From: Selaginella moellendorffii
Taxonomy: Eukaryota > Plantae > Lycopodiophyta
NCBI RefSeq assembly: GCF_000143415.4
Contig: NW_003314439.1
Location: forward strand, 65,337 to 129,336
Length of the DNA: 64,000 nucleotides
Direction of reading: 5' to 3'
This document shows positions 12,961 to 23,714 of this stretch, in pieces. Numbering within the stretch: position 1 is the first letter of the stretch; every line of letters starts with the position of its first letter. A program made the translations under genes and the position numbers. The notes below the pieces were generated by a model. It worked only from the letters and a program-made list of their open reading frames with translations. It had not been told where the DNA came from and did no database searches.

Positions 12961-13950
12961 ACTTTTCCACTTGCATAGTTCGCAGAAGTTAGCCCCCTGA
13001 TTTTTGTCCAAGATTTTGAGCTGTAACACGAGCATCATCTGCAAGGAAGAAAACTGTCACAGCAAGCTAGAAAATGTCCAAAAGGCAATTGCTACATAGA
13101 AAGCGGAAAAAGTTCCATACAGAAATACAGGGAGCAAGAAGCCACCAATGAGAGATCCAGTAAAACCGGGTCTTACAACCACAGGCAAACACAGACAAGC
13201 ATTCAGAAAAGATCATAGACAATTCCCTCACAAGATCACACAACAAACAAAAGGCCTACCTAGATACCAACAAAAATAACGCAGAGCGCACACCAACTCC
13301 GAAGGAAACAGAAATGCATTCGAAAGAAATCAGGGAGCCATAGCAGCACAGCCACTCTGAAATTCTGAACGAGAAATGTTAAACTTTACGCGAGCTCGGA
13401 TTGCGTTGCAAGAAATCAAAGATCCTCCTTCGTGTATCAACATGTGATTACTCTGCATCTGTTTTCTCATTGTTGCAATTCCACAGCGATCCAAATGTGG
13501 AAGTTATCTTGAGCTATGGTGATGGCAGAGAGGTGGTTGTGGCGGCGGCGTAAATGATGACGGAGGAGTCGATGGTGGCGGTGGCGGTGGCGGTGGCGAA
13601 CTTATATCCTGTAGAACCTCCCGGGAGGAGCGATGGACTCTACTCATGCTCCTCTAGCGAGGCTGAAGCTCCGGTGGAGAGGATATTTGCGGCATCGACG
13701 CTCAGCCAAAAGCCTCCGGAATAGATGCTTTTGAGGGTGGAGAAACAATGAGCGCTCCAGGGGACTCGAATCGCTCTAGAGATTTTTATTTCCTTTGCTT
13801 TTACTTCTTTCGCTTTATTCTTCGTTCTTGTTTGTAGTGCAGATAATCCTCAAGCGAAGCTGATGAGTTTGTGGATTTATAGCTGGCTGACGAATACGGT
13901 GATCGAGAAGATTGAAAGGCTCTACCAGGTAATGCGAGTTAGTATTTTCT

Positions 13951-14157
13951 CTTTTTCCATTTGACAGATTTGTCTCAGCAGTCCCTTGTTGAAGTAGAAG
14001 CCTGTGTGCTTCGTCTTGGTCCTAAAATTACTACCTATAAGCTCTCGACTAACAAAAAAGTAATCTGCAACTGATACTTACACCGGATCTTCAAAGATCC
14101 GTCGTCTTCGTCCTCACCTCGTAATGGGCCTGAGACAAATCTGTCAAATGGAAAAAG
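13951..14157. repeat. Perfect 28-bp inverted repeat (13951-13978 / 14130-14157)
   Basis: ctttttccatttgacagatttgtctcag and its exact reverse complement. The arm spans a splice-acceptor-like ttgacag. Confidence 0.9.
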
Positions 14158-14299
14158 TCGCGGAGAAAGTCGCGGTAATGTAAGTTCTAACTCTTCCTTG
14201 CGGCTACAAAATGGTTTTTTAGTGCTTGGTCTCGATCAGCGAGCAACAAAGCGAGTAAGAAGACAAGCTGATCAAGCTCAAGGCCTACACAACCAAGGG

Positions 14300-14570
14300 T
14301 CATGAACACAACATACCCGTAGCAAATCTGAACTTGGATAACTTCCCCATACTAGCCGAACAGTTCCTCTTCACTGGTAGAAAGAAAAACAAGATGAGGC
14401 TACGACGTTTGAAGAACATACCTCATGGTGTATGCAAGGCCGCGCACGATAAGCCTCCAGGTATTTGTCACCGCTACATTCTTCATTAGCGGGACGATCG
14501 ACAGGACCACCTTGCTCTTGCGGCATGGCCATTTCCTTCTCGTCGTCACCATCGTCACTCCACTGCCGGA
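14300..14570 (-). pseudogene. RBM19/MRD1 RRM fragment, inverted paralogue of 17430-17700
   Basis: WRLIVRGLAYT, the same short intron, then EEELFG*YGEVIQV with an in-frame stop. High nucleotide similarity to the plus-strand copy. Confidence 0.75.
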
Positions 14571-14859
14571 CCTTGCTCTTGAGGTAGTGCAGTCGGAGAC
14601 TGGCGGAAGTTGAGCGTCAGCCAGACCTTTGTCTTTGTAAGTTGGTGAGCTTGTCATCTCTTGACGTTTAGCGTGGGAGGCAAAACCCTAAAGCTCAAAA
14701 CCAAGAACCGAAATACTTCATAAACATGTTTTCTCAACTTGAATGCAACCTTGAGATCTCGGAGGTGATCCGAGTGATCAACCTCTTGATCTTGAAGGCA
14801 AGATAAAGAAAGCATGAAAGTCGGATCGAACGAGATCATAGCTCAGAAAAGATCCATTT

Positions 14860-15580
14860 TATGGAACTCTATGATCGTTGTGCATGCCCAATGCAGAGAT
14901 CTTGATGGAGCAAGAAAGTTCACTATCATGGTATCGGAGCGCTCCAGGAATGGAGCAGAGATCTTGAGGACCTGTGAAGGATGAAGAAGAAGAAGCTTCC
15001 AGATGCCAACGGCAGAAGCAGAGTAGCCTAGAGAGCAGCAACAAAGCAATGGCAGAGCCGTACCAGCAGCCAGGAGTGGCAGATAGTAGCGACTCAGAAG
15101 CCCTGGAGTGGTAGAAGATGCCAATATGCTCCAAGAGAGGAGCAGCAGAGCAGCCAAGAAGCCCAGGAGCAGCAGAGCAGTGACTCAGCAGGCTGAGAAG
15201 CAGAACAGCAGCAGGAGTGGCCAAGATGCTCAAAGAGAGGAGTAGCAGCAGCCAAGTGAGCGGCGGCAGATAGCAGCGGCAGAGTTGGCTGAGAACCCCA
15301 GTAGTGGCAAAAGAGCTCCAAGAGAGGAGCAGCAACAGCCAAAGGAGCGATGGCAAAAGAGCCAAGAGTGGCCAAGCCCTAGAGCAACAAGATGTAGTTG
15401 ATTTGGTGGGAGTCAGTGGAGTACCACCAGTTTAGATGAGTTTTTTTTTCTTTTTTGCAGTTTTTCTCATCAGTTGTATGCATGCTGAGCATCTTATGTT
15501 ATGCTGAGCAGAGTATGTCATTTAACTAGGAAACTAACAAGTTCTTTGCGAGGATGAGCAGAGAGTCATAACACTTATCA
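14860..15580 (+). mobile_element. Possible small non-autonomous LTR element (TRIM-like) remnant
   Basis: ...CACTATCA is followed directly by the tRNA-Met-type PBS TGGTATCGGAGC (14929-14940). Degenerate tandem repeats of about 90-100 bp lie at 15100-15380, and a similar end ...CACTTATCA lies at 15580. Confidence 0.4.
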
Positions 15581-15589
15581 ACTCATTGG

Positions 15590-16240
15590 CTGCACTGATC
15601 TAGCGAAAGAAACATTCGACAGAATGCCACAGCATGATCTTAGAATGCAGCGAACGCCCAGTGCGGTGAAACCGATCAATTACACAAACTCTTTCAATGC
15701 CTCAAAAACACCTACAGTTTTTTTAATGATCGCTGCATATGGGCATGTATACCAAGCAAAGTGCTTGTTTGACACTGTAAAAGTTCCATGGAATTGCATT
15801 AGGACCATGCGGGTAAAATGGACACTTGGACAATGCTTGGGCATTGTTTAGATGCCGTTTACAACCAAACATAGTGACCTGGAACGTTCTTATCGTGTTG
15901 TTTGCCCAGAATCCACATGGTGCTATGTCCATTCAGCTCCTTAAAGTCGTGAATCTAGAAGGATTCAAGCCGGGATTTTTTATCTTCCCTTGCTGCCACC
16001 TTGGGCTGGTAATCGAGAAACGTTAGCTAAGCTATGGTTTTTGACTACAGTACCGAGTGCTGCTATATCGGTGTTCTTGCAGGAGCTGCGCTCTTAAATG
16101 ATGCCGAGGAGCTCATTAACACAATGCCATTTTTTCCAGATGTTTCCAATTGGGGATGCTTCCCTGTAAGATTAGAGTTGAGAGGACTGTTAGTGCTGCT
16201 TACAATGCCATCGTGATGGATCCTAAAACCTCAGCGCCAT
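15590..16240 (+). pseudogene. Degenerate PLS-type PPR pseudogene
   Basis: Fragments LAKETFDRMPQHD, AYGHVYQAKCLFD, NIVTWNVLIVLFAQN and DAEELINTMPFFPDVSNW lie in different frames with stops. Confidence 0.8.
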
Positions 16241-17354
16241 AGACAATTTTTCATCATGCTTTGACCAGTGTGGTTAAACTTTTTGCCTTGTAAAGCTTAT
16301 TATTAACAGAATTTCATCTATAAATGATTGCAAACGATTGAGTGCTTGTGAAGCCAATCTATCCCAAGAAATATACTCTTAGAAGAGTCTTTCAATTGAT
16401 CAGCTACAAGTGGCCTCAATCTAAAATATTTTTGACTTTGAACTATGGAGCTTAAGTTTTTTGACAAGATTAAGTGATATAGCTGAACTTTCACACAGGG
16501 GATAATGAAAAGTACTACATATATGTTGATTTATTCTTCTAAACCTTCTTGTCAACCGAGATAAGTTATTGTCACCGCTGTCTCAAAAGTTATGTTACTT
16601 TTAGTAAATTCAATTCTAAGTAATGTATAAATATTATATCCTTATTTGAAACAATTAATACACTAAAAATTCACAATCACTGTGAATTTAATGTTCAATG
16701 TTGAACTTGTTCACTAATTTACAAGAAAAGCCATTGTGAAGCTGCAATTAAACCCTCCCTGATCAAAGGCAACGCCTTGTCTCAAATAGACCTCGAAAGC
16801 ACATACTAGACGTGAGACAGAAAGATACCAAATGTTACGTACAGCATTCAGGCCTTCTAAAGAATATCTCTTTACTTGAAGAACTTCTGCACAGCCAATC
16901 GCTGGACTGTCTAACGGAGATGAGGCTAGGAGTTCACCGCTCTCTCGTCGCGATCCAGATTGAGTCCGAGCACACTGGCTGAAAGAGCTTATCATACACA
17001 ATATCACAAAAGTTACACAGAGCAAAGGGAATAGCAAGTATGAGCATGTCTCTTTTTGTCCAAGCAAGAACTGGATTCCCTGGTGGCGTGTAGAACATGT
17101 GGTTGGCTGGTTTCGTTAAGAAGATCTTTGGTGAATTTGGATCACCTCCACGGGGATTTCGAGGTTGCATTGGTTCGAGGAGGATTGCATCAAGTTAGAT
17201 CCTTACGTAAACATGTAAGCCAGGGAAAAGAGAGGACAGCGCGCTTGCCACACTTCACCCACTGCGCCCCCATCGCAGCTGCTCGTCCTGGAGCGCCTGT
17301 AAGCAATACAATCCTTCTCGCGTGTGCGCCAAGAGATGACAAGCATTTTGCAGG

Positions 17355-18350
17355 ATGAGGTGATTGCTTTCATCCATGGAGACGAGATTGCGACTCACAG
17401 ACTCGTGATCTTCCCGCTCCGTTGGAGATGACTGGAGTGACGATGGTGACGACGAGAAGGAAACGGCCAAGCCGCAAGAGCAAGGTGGTACTGTCGATCG
17501 TCCTGCTAATGAAGAATGTAACCGGGAGGCTTTTCGTGCGCAACCTTGCATACACCACGAGGTGTGTTCTTCAAACGTCGTAGCCTCATCTTGTTTTCTC
17601 GTGTTTTTCTTTACCAGTGAAGAGGAACTGGTTTCCCTGTTCGGCCAGTATGGGGAAGTTGTCCAAGTTCATTTGATTTGTGACAAATGTTGTGTTCATG
17701 CTACCAGAAGCAGCAACGAGGTGCTGAGTTTTCTGAAGGACTAAATTCCCGTATTATGCAGGGCCAAGGAAGACTCTTACCTGCATTTCATGTCTCCTCT
17801 CCGGGATTCTAGAGATCGTTCCATGAACCTGAAACAAGAGAGGGAGGTGGGAGCGCAAGAAAAAGGAGTCTAGCGGCAATACGCAAGCATGGAATCCTGG
17901 CCAGATTATACGGTGTGTAGAGTTGACTCAACTCTTACAGTTTGATCACTGCGTGACGCAGGTGGCCAAGCTATGGGATCTCCAGACGTGAGTTTTCTGG
18001 ATCCAGAAGCTGAGGACGTTGCCGAGGGTCTTGCTCTGGGAGAAACGCACGTCCTTTTCATTAGCTCAGCAAGGCGTAAAACCATGTGGAGGTGCTGGAG
18101 GAGATCATGCTCTCCTCGTCAAGAATCTTCCCTTCAGCACAACGGAATCGGAGAAAGTCTTGGAGCTTCCACTGACAAAAACCGTTGCTATCGTATGTGA
18201 GTTTTCTTCGTCTTGGTGTTTCCTCCTGATCGCTTTATCTGTTCGTTTGACACTAGGTGGAGTTTCTGGAGTCCTCGACTCCATCTTGGATCTAGTCTTA
18301 GGCTCCATCTCGGACTCTATCTCGTCCTCTGAGCACTTCAAAGGCCCAGT
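17355..18350 (+). pseudogene. RBM19/MRD1 multi-RRM pseudogene with introns retained
   Basis: TGRLFVRNLAYTT|SEEELVSLFGQYGEVVQVHLICDK, ALGETHV, DHALLVKNLPFSTTESE, LPLTKTVAIV and VEFLES..FKG, with multiple deletions and frameshifts. Confidence 0.8.
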
Positions 18351-20468
18351 ACAAGCCGGTTCCTTGCGGAAAGCGACGGTGCGTGTTTTCTTCTTCTTTC
18401 CACCAAGAGAGACTGTTCTTAGAATGGTTTGTGGAAGTTACAGGTGACAAGAAAGCCATCCGAAACTGGAGCATCCCTGTCAATGGGTTTCGGCTGACAC
18501 GGCCGAGCGTGTCTGCAAAGGAAATGCAGGTGAGAGACGTTTTACTGTCACACCGGGGATAATCGATCGTGTGCAGGGTGGGTCTGCGGTCATCTCGTGT
18601 AGTGAAGAGCAGCAGCAGCACGCACCAAAGCATGTAAGGTAACTTCGCTCGCCTCCTTGCTGGATTGGCAGACCGCCTGTCAATCCCGCAGCGTGGCCTC
18701 TTGGACGCCAAGCACAGGCACGTAAAAAGGACGATGGAAGATCCTGTGTCGTGATTCCAGGGGATGCCACCCAGCATGGGGACGAGCAGATTCAAGATCC
18801 ATTCGTGCGCACTCGATCGGTTGGAGCTGGGAAGTTTGAAGGGCTTAGACTCGCGATATCTCCTTCCAGTCATTCCTAATGTGTCCTGAGTTAGTAGCAT
18901 CGCAAGTTCGGTGAGACGATGCAGTCATTCTTGGTTCTCTTGCTTGTGCACTTCACTTTGGGAGAGTTAGTTTTCAAACTTCAACAAGTAGTATACATGG
19001 TCGATGTTATGTGAAATTATGATTGGATAATGGTGTAGATGTTGTTTATCTTATTGTCTTGAATCTGGCTGGGATTTGTTAACTATATGATTATTTAGTA
19101 ATGAATAATTGATCTTAAGTAGATTTTAAGATAAACAAATTAATTAATTACCTAATTACCTAATTAATTAATTAATTAATGTTACTTAATTTTACCTTTA
19201 ACAATATTTTAATTTACAATTTTGCTACTCTTTGATATAGCATTTGCCTTCTATAGAATTTTAGTGTGCAGCACTTTGTTCACCCATTGTTATTTATTAG
19301 CTATAGTTATTAATTTTTTATAATATTATAATTAAATTAAATTTATATTTAGAAATTAAATAACTTTTTTAGATTCTCAAGGAGAAACAAGAATTATAAC
19401 CTTTATAATGCGTTTTTTTAGTTTTAAAAAAAAACTTTTCCTTCTATGTTCATTAAAACTTAATTTTTTTCTTTGTAGTAGCATTTAAGAAATTTGAACT
19501 GTTGTTCGCACTATATTAATTTAAGTTTTGTCAAACTAAAATGCAGTTTATGATGACATAGTAATGTGTTTTATGTTACAAATGTTATCTTTCTATAGAA
19601 TAGAATTCTTATTTTAATCTTTGCCTTTGAGATAATATAATTAGAATTAGTTCAACATATATTGAAAAAGGATTTAGCATATATAAGATTTTAAAAATTT
19701 ATAACTTTAAATCATAATTTAATTTTACTCTTAAATCTTGATAATTTCAAAGGTTTTCTATTATTGAATTGATTGTGATCATCAATATCTAAAAGATGCC
19801 TCAAACAAATTGAAGAATTCTTGTACTATTAAAGTAAAAATTAAATAACTCCTCTGAAAAAATTTATTGTAAAAATTATATAATTTTTAAAATTTTATAT
19901 ATAAATAATATGTTATGAGTAACATATTAAATTTAGTAGTAAATACCAGATAAGCATAGAATTAAACAAAAAACTTATTTCATTAAAACAACTTGGTCCC
20001 AACCGTGTTCGGCCAAAATCCTGACCACCGTTGAACGCGGTCGGCCGAACACGGTCGGACAGCTTTGTTTGGTGATTTTGTTCGGCGATTATCCTAATTT
20101 ATAATGTTTTAACACACATTATCTTAATTAAGCTTATATGAGATAAGGACAAAGGAAAACAAATAAAATAATTTAAAAATGAAAAAAAAATACACTTATA
20201 GACTTTTGATTGAATCTTTAATATTATTTAAATGAATTGTAGAAAAAAACTTTAATGTCTACTTGATAGAAAAAAAAAATTCTTAGTATCAATACAGGTT
20301 CATTATTAACAAATAAAACACAAATACAAAGAAAACATTATTTATTATAAATATTTTTTAAAAATGTTCAAATTACTACAAAATGATTCAAGGTGCAAGT
20401 TCAGTTTCTAACACCTTGATACAAAATCTTAACTAACACAAGTGAATAGATGATAGCTATCAAGTCTG

Positions 20469-21200
20469 TTATGGGAGATTAACAATGCAAGGTATAGGAT
20501 GCAATGGCTCGAGATTAAGCAGCTGTGGTGGAGGAACGCACCTCCTTTTCCATAGACAAACTTCAAGCCTCGGGCTCAAGTTGTCACTTGAGGAAGAACA
20601 GCAGCTTTGCGTGCCACAGTCGTTCATTCGCTGGGTTTCCTCGTGATCAATCCCCAACTTGGATACTTTCCTAGCTCCAGTTTCTTTTGCAATTTCTCCA
20701 TTTTCGGGTAAGACCGGGCTCAAGGCCGAGGCAGGAGCTCGAGACGTTGGCGCTTGCGACGAGAGAAGCTCGGATCCAGTCTTCTCTAATCTGATTGAGT
20801 TTCTGCCTCCCATGCAAAGAATCCTCCCTGGTCTCCGGAAGAAATGATTATTCTCGCGAATAATCCTGCCATGTTTTCCTCTTCCAGCACTGACATGGCC
20901 AATGCAACTCACTGACGGCGAAGATGGCTCCAGCTCTACGAGCTCTTCGGGTATGCTGTGGAAGTTTAGAGCAGTGGAGTGACCGATTTGCTGCTGCTTC
21001 TTCTTCTCGGATGGGCTGGAAGTGGGAAACACGAGCTTTCTAGTGAAGAGACGTTGGATTCCTCGGCTGAGCCATGGTGGAAGGCATCTTGGGGAATACG
21101 TGCATTCCAATCTTCGGAATTGATCATTAGATGTCGTGCAGCTCACTCTGCTGCTTGATTGTGGCGAATCCGATGAATAATCTTCTTCCCAGACGCCCAT
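20469..21200 (-). CDS. Plant-specific hypothetical protein, 243 aa, intronless
   Basis: Clean ATG ORF with EPSSPSVSCIGHV (EPxSPKVSCxGQV-type motif) and a C-terminal LWKRR..PP motif seen in a family of uncharacterised plant proteins. Confidence 0.75.
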   Translation of the reverse strand: MGVWEEDYSSDSPQSSSRVSCTTSNDQFRRLECTYSPRCLPPWLSRGIQRLFTRKLVFPTSSPSEKKKQQQIGHSTALNFHSIPEELVELEPSSPSVSCIGHVSAGRGKHGRIIRENNHFFRRPGRILCMGGRNSIRLEKTGSELLSSQAPTSRAPASALSPVLPENGEIAKETGARKVSKLGIDHEETQRMNDCGTQSCCSSSSDNLSPRLEVCLWKRRCVPPPQLLNLEPLHPIPCIVNLP

Positions 21201-21528
21201 AGTGTTCGGAAATGGAGCACTACTTACCTTGAGAAATAACTGGGAGATCTTGTGATCAATGTTCGCAGATCCAAGCTAGGGCCCAAGGTGTTCTTGGAGA
21301 AATAGCAGAAAAATAATAGAAAAATGGAAGAACACTGCCGTGTCAAGAAAATCCAGGGCAGGACAGTTTTGTCTCTGATAGGAAAAAAGAGAGAGAATTG
21401 GAGAAAAACTGGAACTTTCAATTAAATGACTTTGAATCTTCAACTTGTTCTAGATCTCAAGACTCCGCAAAGACTTATGTAAAAACGTGATGTAGCCGGT
21501 TTTCAAATGAGTGAATATACCATACAAG

Positions 21529-21552
21529 AACCCTAAAAATATTTTTAGGGTT
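21529..21552. promoter_or_regulatory. Perfect 24-bp palindrome of two telo-box-like motifs in a divergent promoter
   Basis: aaccctaaaaat|atttttagggtt, 9 bp before the PAC1 ATG. Confidence 0.6.
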
Positions 21553-21561
21553 TTAGCCTCA

Positions 21562-22350
21562 ATGGCAACGCACAGCGATCCTCTCACGGAGCTCCCGCCG
21601 CCGTCTCGCTTCGATCCGGAAGACCTGGAGCTTCTCAGCGACGATCCCTCTCAGGTAATCCCCACTCCGGCGCCATTCGTGGCATGGAGGAACGACGAGG
21701 CGAAAATCCTCCGCCCGGAGCTCCTCCTCCTCGGCTTCTCGCGGCCGTCGTGCACCCTCCTCCACCACATCCCAGGCAAGAAGCTCCTCGCATCGATTGT
21801 GCTGCCGGGAATCTCCATGGCTGGCAACTCGATCGCTGCTCCATCGCCGGAGGATCACTGTTGCTGCCTCTACGCTCTGGACGGGGATTGCTCGATCGTG
21901 GCGGCGCTCGTCCAGTACCGGATCCCGCCCGAGAAATACCACGAGTGGGTCAGGGTTCTCTTCGCGGCCGTGAATCCGGATGCGATTCTCGCGATGGAGC
22001 TCCTCCAGGCCGAGAATTTCCGGTCCAGGCTCTCGGTGGACGATCCGATGCTCTTCACTCTCGAGACCGACGCGATGAGAGCCGAGAAGAGAGAGCAGCA
22101 AATCCCCCCGTTCTTGCCGTCGGGGAGCTTGATCGATGGGCCGGCGGCCGCGGTGCTGAGCTACTGCCAGATGCAATCTCTGCGCGCGAGATTGCTCGTG
22201 TCGTGGCCGGAGCGTGATGTTTCTTGCCTGGGGAAGAGCTTGCAAGATCTTACGAGCTACTTGCCGGGCGCTAGAACTCTGGGATTTGCGCAGGCATCGA
22301 AAGCTAGTGTGGGAAAGCGAGGTATTTCTACCTACGAGCTTTTCATGTGA
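21562..22350 (+). CDS. PAC1: Proteasome assembly chaperone 1 (plant PAC1-like), intronless
   Basis: LTELPPPSRF, GNSIAAPSPEDHCCCLY, PSGSLIDGPAAAVLSYCQ, LVSWPE and the C-terminal ELFM match my recollection of plant PAC1. Confidence 0.8.
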   Translation: MATHSDPLTELPPPSRFDPEDLELLSDDPSQVIPTPAPFVAWRNDEAKILRPELLLLGFSRPSCTLLHHIPGKKLLASIVLPGISMAGNSIAAPSPEDHCCCLYALDGDCSIVAALVQYRIPPEKYHEWVRVLFAAVNPDAILAMELLQAENFRSRLSVDDPMLFTLETDAMRAEKREQQIPPFLPSGSLIDGPAAAVLSYCQMQSLRARLLVSWPERDVSCLGKSLQDLTSYLPGARTLGFAQASKASVGKRGISTYELFM

Positions 22351-22592
22351 TCAATGTTTTTGAAACAATTTCTTCTCATATTATAAATGAAAAATAAATG
22401 CCTTTGGTTAAGGATGGCATTTACAGTTGTTATTTATTTAAATTAATTGTTGTATTATAATTTATAGATTTTTTAAAACGCTAAGGTACTAATTATTGAT
22501 CAAATGGATTAATAAATAATACTAAATAAGGCAACCCTACCAAAAATAAGAGTTTAAACCTGATTATTGGGAGAAACTATAGATTAATTAAG

Positions 22593-23579
22593 TCAAAGGC
22601 TGGAGCACTTGTTCATGAACTGGATCATCTCTCCGTACGAGTACTCCATTTCTCCCTCGACCTCTGGAAACAGCACGAAATGGCCTCGATCTGGATATTC
22701 TACAAGCTTTGCATCCTTCCCAGCTTTCCGGAGCTCTTCGTAGTACTCCACTACGCGGCTGTAGAGCACGTCTCCAGCTCCCACCACCACCAGCAATGGC
22801 GGCATTGGATCGATCTTGGCGATCTCCTCGGCCCTCGGAACTCTGCAGTAACCATGGTCGCGGTTGGCACCCTCGGGGAGACAAAATCGCCAGAGAGTAT
22901 CGCAATGGGCGAGTGTGAGAAGGTCGGGCTGGACCAGCGACTGGATCTCGGACTTGGATCTCTCCTCGCCGCCAAAGAATGGAGCCACTGAAACCAGACC
23001 TTTGATCCCCAGCGGCGAGAGGTCCCTGTGGATCGACCGGGCAGCCATGTAGTGGACGATTGTCCCTCCGGAGCTGTTGCCCATGAGGAAGATCCGGGAG
23101 AAGTCCGCGTTCTTGAGCCACGGGTCGCGATCCATGGGCGATTGCTGGGCCTGGGACTGAAGCCACTGAAGAGACGCGAAAGAATCGTCGAATGCCACGG
23201 GGAGGCGGTGCTCCGGCGCTAGCCTGTAGGCGACGGAGACGACGATCATCCCCATCTTCCGGGAGATACCACTGCAAATACTGTGGGATCGCATCGAAGC
23301 AGGAGAGGTGGAAGCGAATCCACCGGCATGGAAGTAGACGAGTAGCGCGCGCTTACCGGTGAAGCTAGCATCGTCGATCACTGTAGCCGATTTGGGAGCG
23401 AAGATTCGAGCCCACATTCCCGTTCCTTCGTCCAGGATCACGTCCTTGCATCCAAATTCGCCCTTCTCGAAGCTCGGATCGGCAGGGCAATCGGGATCGG
23501 GCCACTGGGGCCTGACGATTCTGCCATCGCTGAAGAGCTGGATGCCTCCAAAATCGCCCAGCAGCTCGCAATTGGCCAT
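22593..23579 (-). CDS. Carboxylesterase (CXE/GID1-like alpha/beta hydrolase)
   Basis: LLVYFHAGGF, YRLAPEHRLP, GNSSGG (nucleophile Ser), PFFGGEER, GDVL (Asp) and GHF (His). Confidence 0.93.
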   Translation of the reverse strand: MANCELLGDFGGIQLFSDGRIVRPQWPDPDCPADPSFEKGEFGCKDVILDEGTGMWARIFAPKSATVIDDASFTGKRALLVYFHAGGFASTSPASMRSHSICSGISRKMGMIVVSVAYRLAPEHRLPVAFDDSFASLQWLQSQAQQSPMDRDPWLKNADFSRIFLMGNSSGGTIVHYMAARSIHRDLSPLGIKGLVSVAPFFGGEERSKSEIQSLVQPDLLTLAHCDTLWRFCLPEGANRDHGYCRVPRAEEIAKIDPMPPLLVVVGAGDVLYSRVVEYYEELRKAGKDAKLVEYPDRGHFVLFPEVEGEMEYSYGEMIQFMNKCSSL

Positions 23580-23632
23580 CGCAGTGGACGAAGAATTTAA
23601 AACACGGAGCGTTGAATATCCACATTGTTAAT

Positions 23633-23714
23633 GTCGCTTTGGCCGAGTGGTTAAGGCGTGTGCCTGCTAAGTACATGGGGTTTCCCCGCGAGTGTTCGAA
23701 TCTCTCAGGCGACG
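23633..23714 (+). tRNA. tRNA-Ser(GCT)
   Basis: GTCGCTT/AGGCGAC acceptor stem, TGGCCGAGTGG A-box, anticodon loop CTGCTAA, long variable arm, GTTCGAATC B-box, and a T-run at 23732-23737. One T-stem mismatch. Confidence 0.95.

Noticed and set aside
14843-15375. Leu-rich minus-strand ORFs resembling membrane proteins
   Set aside because: They derive from degenerate (GCA)-rich tandem repeats, and all three frames look similar.
22593-23579. True gibberellin receptor GID1
   Set aside because: It retains the catalytic His and lacks the GID1 N-terminal lid.
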